Shown in pieces: positions 41,784-52,309 of a stretch of DNA of 64,000 nt. The position numbers and the translations under genes were made by a program. The notes under the pieces are model-generated. The model was not told where the DNA came from. It searched no databases and saw only the letters and a program-made list of their open reading frames with translations. Source of the stretch: Andalucia godoyi And28 (taxonomy: Eukaryota > Protista > Jakobida); contig VRVR01000005.1 of assembly GCA_009859145.1 (NCBI GenBank), forward strand, positions 339,448 through 403,447. The letters run 5' to 3'. Numbering within the stretch: position 1 is the stretch's first letter; each line of letters starts with the position of its first letter.

Positions 41784-44700
41784 TTACAAGTCTACAATTT
41801 CTGGAACTTCCGCAGGTAACCCCATTGTCGCATCCTTGTCGATCCGGGCTAAGCACCTCCGCAAACCTGACCTCAGGACAAGCCACTCTCGCGCACCATC
41901 CTGCCGTCCATCCTGTTCTTTCTTATCCGGCTCGGGCGCAAAAAATGGAAATCGGCGGGAAAGACCGGACAGCAAATCCAACCTTTTTGTGGACTTTGGA
42001 GTCTCCTCTGGGATGTGCGGTCGATAGTGCGCTCGGTCAAACGGCGCGGCATCCATATGGGCAGCAAGAATCGCACAAGGAAGGAAATTGAACAACGGGG
42101 ATTCAACGGGAGCAACGGGACTCGTTCCTTCAAGGATCGGGCTAGCAGAGTCTTCAGAGGATTTCACCTCTACAAGATTCCGTTCGCTTTGCAGTGCTGC
42201 TGCATCTGCAGATTCATGCGCGACAGAGCATGCCTCGAGGTACCTGATAGTTTCGTCGATGGACGGCATGAGCCCACGGGGATCAAACAGGGACGCAAGA
42301 TACTCCACTCGACCGTTGCTGTGTCCATTCGCAAGAGCAAATCGAGTAGCCTGACGGCGGTCGTTGGCAGAGTGTCGCACAATAAAGTCTTCCCACCGAC
42401 GTTCATATCCAGCACCTCCGGGACGGCTGCGATCCGTCATGAAGACGTGGTGGTGAGCCATAATTGCCAAGGCCTTTGGTGACCAACGCAGCTCGGAAAA
42501 TGCCGAAGCAGAACGCAAGCACGGCAGAGGCGTCAAAAGACCAAAAGACTCGCAAGCACAGTAGAACGATCGTGCAAGAAGACCTCCGTCGGTATTCGAT
42601 GAAGACAGCAGCGATTTATCTAGTGTGTCAATCTCCTTTTGCACCACCGACCATACCCAACTTGCCACAATGTCCCAAGCAGTCCAAACTTCGTCAACTC
42701 GACTTGCCACACGCTTCCGCACTTCAGCTTCCCATTCCTTATCACCTGGTGCACCCTGCAAAGGCCGGATACCATCCTCTTCTAGTGCTAGCCAAGTGGG
42801 AAGCGGTACTTCTTGATCAATGTACACAGAGGAGACTTGATCAACCACCGACTTTCGGGCAGCGACTCTGCGTCGAAGGGAGGAATTCCAGAACGACGTT
42901 GACGTTTCCGCGGAAAACGATGATCTTGCAGACGAGAATCCAAGGAAACCAAAGAGCTTTCCGATCATCTCCGTGGAATTGGATAATGGCGTCGAAGGAG
43001 ACTGAACTCCCATGGAAGATGACGAGGATGCCGACGATACCGACGACGACGAAGAAGCGTGATGCAGGATAGAATAAGGAATTGACACCTTCTCCAGGGC
43101 GATTCGTTGCTTGTACAGACTGTTTGAGCTCGCAGACGAAGTCGTGACCAGAATGTCGGCTTCCGTGCGCTGTTTCGGAGTCATCCACATCGTCCACTGG
43201 CTATCGGCTTTTTCCTTCTCAGCGTCTGCACTCCGATCTGGAACGCCGAGAACATACGGATAAATGATGGAATTCTGCGGAGTATAGCTGTACTGGCCCG
43301 TCACGGAGCATGTCTTCAAGTGGGCTCGGATTTCAGAGCGCGAAGCAAACGGGAACACAGACTTTGGCAAATGAGTGACAATCAATCTTTTGGCAGCACC
43401 AGTTAGTGGCAGTACTGGGTAATCTCCATTCGCAGAGAGTGCATCTCCCTTTCTTGGAGATGTGTCCCTGTGGTGGTGGTGGTCTGTCCTCGGGGAGGCT
43501 GGTGCTTTGCTGCTGGAGACTGTGCTCGTCGGCGGCTTGACAAGCGCGCCTGACATGAACCCCTTTGAAACTTTCGGCGCCGACGGAGGCGTAGAGTGCG
43601 CATCGGACGGTTGGAAAAGTTCACAGAAAAGGTAGCCGAGCAAGGCGTCTCGCCAAACATTCACAGACTCGGTCTCTGAATATCCACGAGAGATGGAGAC
43701 ACGCACAAACTTTCTGAGCAACTCGAGAGCATGCGATGGTCGTGGATCATGATAGAGCGAGAGTTGAAGATGGGCGCGGATGTCCAGAAGGAGTTGCGAT
43801 GTGCTGATCTCATTCTGCAGCCTATTCAGGAACGCTGCATGCATTCCGTCCCAGTCAAGGGTGCAGCTGGACACGACTCCTGTTCTGCGATTCAAGCAGA
43901 ACCACTGATCCATCGGCATGCGTGGAGTAGCAATCAATATAGAATCCGCAGCGGCAGGAAGCAAAGCATCATCTCCAAAAGGAAGCGTTGTCAATTCGAA
44001 TGGAATGACGTCGTTTGCGAGCGCAAGAATCTTTGCCGAGTGTCCCGGAAGCGCAAGGATTCCGAGATTCTGAAGCGGAAACAGTGACAGCAATGGGCGC
44101 TTTGTTGACGGTGTCTCGACGTTCCACACACACTCGAGTTTGCAGCGATGGTGGATAACATAAACGCAACTCCTGTATCTTCCGGGTCCCTCCATTCCCT
44201 GTTCCATGACGCATATCGCACCCTCCGCAAGTCTTACAAAATGGATCCATTTCGTCTGCGATTCGCACTGTTCTTCCTCCCAGAGCCCACGAACGTGTCC
44301 ATCCGCCAGCCGAATGGGCAACTCAATGTCGCAAACAACTTTTGGGGATCGCGGATTGTCGATCAGCACGGCCCGAAACACCGACGTATCCTTACGCGCG
44401 TACAACAAAAACAGACAAGCGTTTTCTGGATCAATCTGCACCAAGGCAGGCGTCTCCGAAACCCAAGCAGAGCGCGCCAGGGGAGGCAGAAATGCCTGGT
44501 ATGCATGGCTCTTCTCCTTGTGTATTCTATAAACGGACAATTTCTGCAGATGTTGATGCTGCTGCTGCTGTGGATGGTTGTGCTGATGATGCCGCGAATC
44601 TCCTGCATGGCTCCCTTCTTTTCCCTTTCCCTTTTCTCTCTCCTTTTCCTTTTCCTTGGATGGAGGTTCGAATCCCTTGGGCGGCTTCTTTTTCCACTCC

Positions 44701-45161
44701 AATCGAAGAGTATAAATGGCGGTTTCCTGCGCGTAGCAGACCAGAATGTGACTGTCGCCAAGGAAAAGAAGCCGAGGAGGCGTCAGTGCCGGAGACGTGC
44801 ACCCAACCACGGACGAAGGAACACAGCCTGGATGCAATTCAAGGATCTGCAAGCTTGCTGGCGACGAGCTGAGAGCAAACACAAGGACGGTGCGCTGCCG
44901 ATTGATTGTCGCAGAAAATATTCGTTCATTCTCCTTGAGCGGAATCGCGCACACAGAATCGAATTTTCGCTCCACTGCGTCGTAAAGCGCCACATACGCA
45001 TGATACAAAGTATGGGCATGACACACAATCGTGCAAGTCAGAAACATCCCATAGCGATCATGGCCGATAACAGACTCGCTCACAATGCTTGCATTTTCCC
45101 AGAGCGGAAAGATCCCCGCGCTCCTTGGAAACAAGTTGTAATGAAACGCGCACTTTATCAT
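41784..45161 (-). CDS. GSAP/pigeon-like protein (gamma-secretase-activating protein family, tentative)
   Basis: N-terminal beta-propeller-like segment (ALYD...IFSATINRQRTVLVFA...ILELHP...VQIDPENACLFLLY...FRAV) resembles GSAP as I recall it; helical C-terminus. Confidence 0.6.
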   Translation of the reverse strand: MIKCAFHYNLFPRSAGIFPLWENASIVSESVIGHDRYGMFLTCTIVCHAHTLYHAYVALYDAVERKFDSVCAIPLKENERIFSATINRQRTVLVFALSSSPASLQILELHPGCVPSSVVGCTSPALTPPRLLFLGDSHILVCYAQETAIYTLRLEWKKKPPKGFEPPSKEKEKEREKGKGKEGSHAGDSRHHQHNHPQQQQHQHLQKLSVYRIHKEKSHAYQAFLPPLARSAWVSETPALVQIDPENACLFLLYARKDTSVFRAVLIDNPRSPKVVCDIELPIRLADGHVRGLWEEEQCESQTKWIHFVRLAEGAICVMEQGMEGPGRYRSCVYVIHHRCKLECVWNVETPSTKRPLLSLFPLQNLGILALPGHSAKILALANDVIPFELTTLPFGDDALLPAAADSILIATPRMPMDQWFCLNRRTGVVSSCTLDWDGMHAAFLNRLQNEISTSQLLLDIRAHLQLSLYHDPRPSHALELLRKFVRVSISRGYSETESVNVWRDALLGYLFCELFQPSDAHSTPPSAPKVSKGFMSGALVKPPTSTVSSSKAPASPRTDHHHHRDTSPRKGDALSANGDYPVLPLTGAAKRLIVTHLPKSVFPFASRSEIRAHLKTCSVTGQYSYTPQNSIIYPYVLGVPDRSADAEKEKADSQWTMWMTPKQRTEADILVTTSSASSNSLYKQRIALEKVSIPYSILHHASSSSSVSSASSSSSMGVQSPSTPLSNSTEMIGKLFGFLGFSSARSSFSAETSTSFWNSSLRRRVAARKSVVDQVSSVYIDQEVPLPTWLALEEDGIRPLQGAPGDKEWEAEVRKRVASRVDEVWTAWDIVASWVWSVVQKEIDTLDKSLLSSSNTDGGLLARSFYCACESFGLLTPLPCLRSASAFSELRWSPKALAIMAHHHVFMTDRSRPGGAGYERRWEDFIVRHSANDRRQATRFALANGHSNGRVEYLASLFDPRGLMPSIDETIRYLEACSVAHESADAAALQSERNLVEVKSSEDSASPILEGTSPVAPVESPLFNFLPCAILAAHMDAAPFDRAHYRPHIPEETPKSTKRLDLLSGLSRRFPFFAPEPDKKEQDGRQDGAREWLVLRSGLRRCLARIDKDATMGLPAEVPEIVDL

Positions 45162-45667
45162 GCCTTTTCACGCACACCTCCCTCGCAATTTCAGAATAAA
45201 ATACAAGCGCATGAAATTTTTAATTAAATAAAATAAAAAAGCAATATGGAAATTCAATATGTGAAAAGCATGGTGCAAATAGCAATTTCGGAGGGGAAAG
45301 CAGCAAAGGGAAACCAGGAAATAAGGGAAACTTGACGTCTGTTTACTACGACAGATCCGCTTGAGAAAAACCGTTTCCTTTTTCATTCCACGTTTTTTTC
45401 TTTCAAATCATCCAATTTCAGTTGTTTTGCCTTTGTTTAGGAGGATTCCGTTTCTTTTTCACTCAATGGTTTTATTTTTATTATAATGAATTGATTAACT
45501 ATTTTCATTTTTCGATTTCCTTCTCGTTTTTTTTCTTTTCCTGTGCAGACAGAGTTTGAACGTATTTTATTTTCAAGAAGAGTTTCCCCCCTTTCTTCTT
45601 TTTTTTTTTTTGAACATCTCTCTTTATTGTTGTTGCCTTTGAAATCATCATCGTCATCATCACTATT

Positions 45668-46462
45668 ATGTTTGGGGGATCAAATCCGAAAGCAGTAGAC
45701 ACTCGGCAGCGTGCGTATCGGACGCTTGACACTTGTGCAGCGGATGGAGCATGGGTGGAAGAACCGCAGTTCAACCGTCGATCGATGAATCCAAAGACGC
45801 TCGTGGGAAACTGGCAGGAAGCTCGCGTCGCTTCCGAGAACGAGCCAGTGTCTGCAATCACCATGGCGTTTCAGTCGACTACTGCCGTGCGCAACAAGGA
45901 AGATGCTGAGAATCTGCGCGTTCGACTGCCGAAGCCCAACCAAGCTGCTCAGTTTGCGCTGGGGCCTGGCGGGAAAATGGTTCCGCTCTTCGTTGATCCT
46001 GGGGACGGAAATATGAATAAGAGAGAGTCGCTGATTACGGCGGGTTCGACTTCGAACCTCGTGGGAGGAGATGGCAGGTTCCGCGGAGAGTCGACGTACC
46101 GGTCAGATATGCTGTCCAAGGAAAAGATGGAAGAGATCGAGAGCAAGAAACAGCGGAGTGTGCGACAGGCGTTTTTGGAGAAGAAGTGGCAGATGGAGGC
46201 GCAAAAACAGGTCCAGGAAGAGGCAAAGGAGAAGGAGAAGGAGTCATTTGTTGGGAAGACGAGGGGACGAAAGCTTGGAGAAGGTGTTCAGCAGGATGTT
46301 GAGGGTCTGTACTTTGAGCAGCCCGCTTCGTTCTACACGCAGCACATGGGACTCACCAACGTCTATGGATCGCGCGCGCAGGCAGCCGGCGCTTCCTTTG
46401 CAAAATGCTCCACATTCTCCATGCCCATCGAAGAATACAAGGCCGGGTATGAAAAAGAATAG
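45668..46462 (+). CDS. Axonemal microtubule inner protein, SPAG8/CFAP143-like
   Basis: NWE-type motif TLVGNWQEAR, a STYRSD motif, and C-terminal QPASFY...FAKCSTFSMPIEEY. Confidence 0.6.
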   Translation: MFGGSNPKAVDTRQRAYRTLDTCAADGAWVEEPQFNRRSMNPKTLVGNWQEARVASENEPVSAITMAFQSTTAVRNKEDAENLRVRLPKPNQAAQFALGPGGKMVPLFVDPGDGNMNKRESLITAGSTSNLVGGDGRFRGESTYRSDMLSKEKMEEIESKKQRSVRQAFLEKKWQMEAQKQVQEEAKEKEKESFVGKTRGRKLGEGVQQDVEGLYFEQPASFYTQHMGLTNVYGSRAQAAGASFAKCSTFSMPIEEYKAGYEKE

Positions 46463-47368
46463 TCACCACCCCATCCCCTTCTTCTTCTTCTTCTTCTTCT
46501 TCTTCTTCTTTTTGTTATTGTCTCTCACACCACTCTTGTCGGGTTTTGCACAAACTCGCCACAGCGAGTCGCAAGCCGCAAGTGTAATATTTAATTTTAT
46601 TAATAAACAGCTATTATCAACTGCCCCACCACCACTTTGCGCGTCCTGCAGGCCGATCGCAACAAGTCAACCGTGCACCAACATCACGTCAACTTCCTTC
46701 TGTCGCAACCATTCCCTCCTCCCCTCCTCTCCTTCCCCAAAAGAAAAAAAGGGACGCGGCACGACAAGATGTCTCCAAGAAAGGGGATGCGCGCCATCGT
46801 GGTGGTTTTCACCGCCGCAGTTCCCGCGCGTCATCATCACCATCTCTGAAATGTCCGATCTGCTTCTACAAACGGAAAATTTGAAATGCTTGAAAGGCAA
46901 AAGCACCGGAGGAAAATTGCCAGTTCGAGTCAATTTGCGAAGATTCTGGTCCTACCAGCTCACACACTCGACGTTCGGACTTCGGGAAAAACGCGGAAAT
47001 GTCACTCCCATCAACCGGCTCTCCGTAGTAAGTGGCATTATTGGTTCTTTCTTTTCTTTTTTTCCTTTTGTTTTGCAGCTTCACATTGTCTCGCTCAATT
47101 TTTTCTTTTCCCCGCTGCCGCAACATTAACCCACCCTCTCACTCGTTCTCTATTTATGATCTTGGTCTGTTTTGTTTTGCTTTGTCTATTCATGTGATCC
47201 CAAACTTTTCGTTTTCTTCTTCTTTTTCTTCTTTTTCTTCTTTTTCGTTTTGTTTCCCTCCTTCCCTCCTTCACCTTTTTCCTTCTTCTTCTTCTTCTTT
47301 TCTTTTTGCTGTTTCATTTCAAAGATTCTTTCTTTCGGTTTGTTTCGCGCACGTCTCACAACACACTC

Positions 47369-49600
47369 ATGGACGGATATATCCTCACAGACGAGAATCA
47401 CAAGATCCTGTATTCTTCGACGCTGGATGCATCGGAAGTGATCGGAACCGCATTCTCCGAGTCGAAGAGAAAAGAATATGTTGAAAAGGCACATCTTTCA
47501 GACGGAAATCGACTTGTTACGGTATGGCAACACAAGAGTGTCATTTGTGGAGAGACGACTCCTTTTATTTCGCTTTCTGCATCTTCTGCGGATCTCACTG
47601 CGTCGCCCGAGAAGCTCAACACGACACCTACCGAGCAATCGACAAAGTCCAAGACGGTGGTTCGAGACAAGGTCGTCAGCATTGATCCAAACAGCTCGAG
47701 TGCGCATCTTGGAAATACAACGTCTGATGTGGAGAGCCAAATTGGGAAGGGAATTGAAATGGAGTTCTTCAACGTGAATTTCAATGCTACCAGTCCAATT
47801 GATGGATCCAAGAAGCAGATTTTGAACGACTGTGCGGGATGTGCGCGCAGTGGAAAGCTTACGGTTCTTATGGGGCCTTCTGGAGCTGGAAAGACGACTC
47901 TGCTGAATGCAATTGCAGGAAGAATCAAGGTGGACGACGGCTCGCAAATGCTCTTTGACGGCCATGCCCGGGATCGATCGATCAAGCGCCGCACTGGTTT
48001 CGTGCTCCAAGAAGATATCTTGTTTTCAAACTTGACTGTACGAGAAACCTTGCTCTTCACCGCATTGCTGCGACTTCCGTACGAGATGCCACACACGGAG
48101 AAGATCGCTCGAGTCGAAGAGGTTATTTCGCAGTTGGGTCTGGAGCGTGTTCGAAACTCTATCATTGGTAATTTCATGATGAGAGGCATCTCTGGAGGTG
48201 AGCGCAAGCGTGTCAATGTTGGCTGCGAGCTGCTGGCCTGGCCGTCAATTCTTATTCTCGATGAACCGACGTCGGGCCTCGACTCCACTACAGCTCTTGA
48301 ACTGATGAAGACTCTGAAGCAACTCGCCAGACGCAACGGTACCACCATCATCTCGTCCATCCATCAGCCATCCTCGCAGATTTACAGTTTATTCGACGAT
48401 CTCATCCTTGTGGGTCGTGGATATGTACTGTACTATGGACCGGCGAACAAGGCCACTTCGCACTTCCACTCTCTTGGGTTCCCCGTCTATGAAGATTTCT
48501 CTGCGGGGGACTACCTTATCGAGATGGTCATGCATCCAAAGATTGCCAACGATGACGAGGTGCTGAAAAAACTGAATCGCCACGCGTACGACCAAACAAT
48601 GTTTCGTCCACGAAACTGGAAATCGCTGGAAGGCCCTGCGGCGACGACGGACGGAGTGAAAGTGGAAGAAGTAACCACGACTGTTTCAGAAGTCCCTGCC
48701 CGCGTGCAGCACGACGGAGAAGATGAAGCAGAAGCCCCGAAATTCAATGTTCCCTTCTGGGGACAATTCAAGGCACTTTCGCAACGAGCCTTCAAGCAAA
48801 AGCGCGGCCAATCCATGCGTTGGCTGTTCGTCGTTCAGGTTATTGCCATCGCACTTGTGGTTTCTGCGCTGTGGTTCCAGATTCCAAGCAGCGAATCGCA
48901 CATTCAGGACTTGACCGGCGCAGCGTTCTTCATTGGAGTTTTCTTCCAGTTCTTCAATTTGTTCAGTTGCTTGTCGCAGTTCCCCTCCGAGAGGGCTGTC
49001 TTGTACAAGGAGCGTGCGGCAGGCGCGTACCGTCTTTCTGCATACTTTTGCGCCAAGACTTTGTCTGAACTTCCGTTTGACGTCCTGTATCCGTTCATGT
49101 TTACCACCATCACATTCTGGCTGTGTGGATTGTACATCAACGGCGCAGCGTATGTCGAATTCTTCTTTACCATCCTCCTCGGAGCATTGTGTGCACAGTC
49201 TCTAGGTCTGTTCATCTCTGCAGCCATTCTTGATTTCGAAAAGTCCATTGTGTTTGCGTCAATCTTCATTCTGTTCCAGATGCTTGCTGGTGGGTTCTAT
49301 GTCCGAAACATGCCCAACTGGATCGAATGGATTTCCTACATCTCGATCATCAAGTACATGTACGAAGCGGCAATCTTCATCGTCTTCCCGGACGACCGTG
49401 ATTTCTCTTGCTCGTCGACGTCGACCATTTACCGAGCGTCGAACGGAGGGATGTGTCCAATCCCAGGAAATGCAATTCGCGATGCTCTTGACATTCACGG
49501 TACAATTGGATCGCGAATCGGCGCTCTGTTTGCCTTTATGATTGGATACCGCATCTTGGCATACTATGCTCTCCGTTACCGCGGAAAAGCCAGATTCTAG
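47369..49600 (+). CDS. ABC transporter subfamily G half-transporter (NBD-TMD)
   Basis: MGPSGAGKTT, ISGGERKRV, LDEPTSGLDS, SIHQPSS, ERAVLYKERAAGAY and six C-terminal TM helices. ATG at 47369. Confidence 0.95.
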   Translation: MDGYILTDENHKILYSSTLDASEVIGTAFSESKRKEYVEKAHLSDGNRLVTVWQHKSVICGETTPFISLSASSADLTASPEKLNTTPTEQSTKSKTVVRDKVVSIDPNSSSAHLGNTTSDVESQIGKGIEMEFFNVNFNATSPIDGSKKQILNDCAGCARSGKLTVLMGPSGAGKTTLLNAIAGRIKVDDGSQMLFDGHARDRSIKRRTGFVLQEDILFSNLTVRETLLFTALLRLPYEMPHTEKIARVEEVISQLGLERVRNSIIGNFMMRGISGGERKRVNVGCELLAWPSILILDEPTSGLDSTTALELMKTLKQLARRNGTTIISSIHQPSSQIYSLFDDLILVGRGYVLYYGPANKATSHFHSLGFPVYEDFSAGDYLIEMVMHPKIANDDEVLKKLNRHAYDQTMFRPRNWKSLEGPAATTDGVKVEEVTTTVSEVPARVQHDGEDEAEAPKFNVPFWGQFKALSQRAFKQKRGQSMRWLFVVQVIAIALVVSALWFQIPSSESHIQDLTGAAFFIGVFFQFFNLFSCLSQFPSERAVLYKERAAGAYRLSAYFCAKTLSELPFDVLYPFMFTTITFWLCGLYINGAAYVEFFFTILLGALCAQSLGLFISAAILDFEKSIVFASIFILFQMLAGGFYVRNMPNWIEWISYISIIKYMYEAAIFIVFPDDRDFSCSSTSTIYRASNGGMCPIPGNAIRDALDIHGTIGSRIGALFAFMIGYRILAYYALRYRGKARF

Positions 49601-50119
49601 TCGCTTGGCTGCTTTCTGGACTCACACCTGTTCCGTCCCATGCCGCCATTCGATCCATCCGTCCATCCGCCAATCGCTTCTCTTTGTTTTTATATATCTT
49701 TTTTTCCTCCCGTCTTGTTGTTGTTGATCGATGTTCTCGTTAGATTATTTTACATTTTTGTGTGTTGTACTCTGTTTCATTATCCCAGTCGTCTCCTTTT
49801 CTGTGTGTCCCAATAATAAAAATCGCTTGTCGTGAAATAATATTGCTTGTCACCGAAGACAGGTCCAAGCCACATGTTTTTATTTTAATTGGGGGCGAGC
49901 ACCAACTCTTCAATGCAGATTGCTCTGCATCAAAGGGTCGGACTACAAAGAAGTCCAACGCGCGAATGCCGTCGTCGGAAATCGGGATCGGCAAGCTCGA
50001 TTTTTATTATTTTATTATTGGTTTTTTGAAAAGCTATACTTGTTTCCACCTGTTGTTTCGCACTGTTTCGTTTGGTTCGCCTACATTATACACTGAACAT
50101 GCATATCTACGAAGAGACA

Positions 50120-50405
50120 TGCATATTCAATCCTGCATCCCGTTGCCGGGAAGGGGATCGGCCCCAACACGCCTCTCTGCGCTCTTCAGATAAATGTTCC
50201 GCGCTCCGTTCCCAATCTCGGTCAATGTGCGAGCCACTTTCTCAGCGTGACACGCCGTTCCTGGGAAGGGTGCATTTTGATTCTGACGGCCCTAGCAGCA
50301 GGCGTAGTGACACGTGGTCTCTTAGGAGGTCTGCGGGACCTAGGAGGCCCTGCATCGGGCGGCGTAGGCGTAGGCGAATGCGTCATCCCAGCGCACTCAC
50401 GCCCA
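50120..50405 (-). ncRNA. Candidate structured RNA, possibly SRP (7SL) RNA; boundaries approximate
   Basis: GC-rich non-coding island with nested inverted repeats enclosing two hairpins. One hairpin is CCGAGA-UUG-GGAA-CGG-AGCGCGG, close to SRP helix 8. Most G-U pairs favour the minus strand. Confidence 0.35.
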
Positions 50406-50835
50406 TATTTGAATAAAAACGTGAAACCAACGAATGATAGAATAGATGGCTACGGATGCTGCGTTAAAGAGTGTCGAAAATGCGGAGCCTGTGTCACCGG
50501 CTGAATTTTGGCCGAGCGTGCGTAAGCACGAATTCCCTGTGAAACAAACGTGTTTTCTTTTTTCCCCCGTATATGCATGACAATGACGTGTCATTATTCA
50601 ACGGCCAAAATCTCCTATACTCTCGGACTTTCTGCTGAAAAGCTGTATTTCCCCGTTTTTTTAATTCAAAAAATTTGGTGTTTCTTCTGAATCGTCATCT
50701 TTATTTCCTCCTCGCTGTCGCCTAACAACTCATCTGGGAAACGCGGAGCGAAAGCACAGAAGAATCGAGAGAATAGAAGGAGAAGGAAGGAAAAACTGAC
50801 AAGAAAAAGAAAAGGGCCGGGGAGGACTGAGGTAA

Positions 50836-52245
50836 ATGGCGCTTCCATATCGTGTTTCTGATGTGCTGTCTTCTCGACATCCGTATTCACAGCCGAACTT
50901 TTCTTCGTTGCGTGAATCCGAGTCGTTGGATGTACAGCTTGGATACGGGAATCGAGCGACAGAGCGAATCTTGGAGCTCTTGTCCAATGCACGCTATCCG
51001 TACAAGCAGTGCAAAGGATCGCTTCAGCTTTTGCGCTTGGAGTGCACAAGCTCAGAAGCACGAGTCAAGCTTGTCCAATCGCGAAATCTCGTTGTTCTAA
51101 ACAATCTGTTTCTTCGATTGCTGCATGATCCGCTTGGAAGCACGAATTCTGCAGTGTCCGAAAGCCAGCCTTATAAAGCAGCGACGAGGAGTTCCGGTGC
51201 TTCGTCTGTCGATAGCGATGATGACAATGAGAGCGAGAACGAGAATGATGGTGATGAACAGGATGAAGAAGGAGCAGTGGGGGTGGAGGAGGAAAAGAAT
51301 TCATCTGGAGATACGTTTGCTGATTGGAGTGCAGTGTTTTGCGAGCTTTGTGCGTTTCAAAGTACGTTTGCGTCGCTTTCGGTTGGGGCTGAAGAGCTGA
51401 AGCGAATCGGATTCTTGAAATCGCTGAAGCAATTGGTTTCGCGACCAAACTTGAATGCAGATTTGCTGGATTCAGCGTGCCTGATTGTCGAGGCGCTGGG
51501 GACGCATCAAGCCGGAGTCCAGTTGTTTGCAGCGAGTTGCAGAGCGGACAATGCTGACGAAGCAAGTTTCCCCAGCCTGCTTCTGGAGGTCCTGGAGCGC
51601 CCGACAGCCTTGCTGGAGACGTGCAGAAAAATCGTTTCGTTTTTCAGCCAGATTGCTGCTTATCCGGGGAGCCGAGACCTGCTGATTTCCAACAGCGCAG
51701 TGAAGAGCTTGCTCGTGCGTGCTGAGATGTGCATTCGAGATCCGCAGGCTCGCGAATCCCCCGAAACGCTGGTGGAAATTTCGTTTGCAGTATCCAATCT
51801 TGCCACTGACGCGAGCGCAAAGAGGATTTTTGCACAGCACACAACAACACTGTCGGCAATCCTTGTTGAGTGTTCTGCGAATCGTGCAGAACACACAATG
51901 TGCAGGTTTCTGGAAATGGTTTGTCTGACCGCTGTTGCAGAAGAAACGAAAAAGTTGTGTCTGGAAGAACGTCCGTTGCTCGTACTCAAGAAGGCGTATC
52001 CCAGTCTGTTACGAGTGTTGGCAAACTTGCTTCGAAAGTACGTGCAACACACAAAGGTTCAGGCTCTGATTGTCCAAGCGCTACGCTCTCTTGCAGAGTT
52101 TCCAGAGACCAAAGCAACGCTGTACGAATACTTGCAACTCGGAAGCGAAGAGGAGAAACACGCGCTCAACGACCTGGTTTGGAAAAACACAAGGCTGTTT
52201 AGTGCATTTGGGAGCAGTACCGAGGAACTGAAGCCTATTTTGTAA
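50836..52245 (+). CDS. Armadillo-repeat protein, RSPH14 (radial spoke)-like
   Basis: N-terminal GYGNRATERILELL, ARM-like helices, C-terminal ALRSLAEFPE...NDLVWK. The ARM call is firmer than the RSPH14 assignment. Confidence 0.6.
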   Translation: MALPYRVSDVLSSRHPYSQPNFSSLRESESLDVQLGYGNRATERILELLSNARYPYKQCKGSLQLLRLECTSSEARVKLVQSRNLVVLNNLFLRLLHDPLGSTNSAVSESQPYKAATRSSGASSVDSDDDNESENENDGDEQDEEGAVGVEEEKNSSGDTFADWSAVFCELCAFQSTFASLSVGAEELKRIGFLKSLKQLVSRPNLNADLLDSACLIVEALGTHQAGVQLFAASCRADNADEASFPSLLLEVLERPTALLETCRKIVSFFSQIAAYPGSRDLLISNSAVKSLLVRAEMCIRDPQARESPETLVEISFAVSNLATDASAKRIFAQHTTTLSAILVECSANRAEHTMCRFLEMVCLTAVAEETKKLCLEERPLLVLKKAYPSLLRVLANLLRKYVQHTKVQALIVQALRSLAEFPETKATLYEYLQLGSEEEKHALNDLVWKNTRLFSAFGSSTEELKPIL

Positions 52246-52309
52246 AGAAAAAACCTCGAGAATTGACAGACTTGCTGCATCGCTCTATCATCATTACGTA
52301 TGACGTTTA

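Noticed and set aside
44148-45227. 359-aa plus-strand ORF
   Set aside because: Antisense to the GSAP-like gene; its composition mirrors the opposite strand.
47398-48360. 320-aa minus-strand ORF
   Set aside because: Typical antisense frame of an ABC nucleotide-binding domain.
18224-49600. Lipid-transport cluster (ATP9, ABCA, ABCG)
   Set aside because: These are large, common families separated by unrelated genes, so there is no evidence of linkage.
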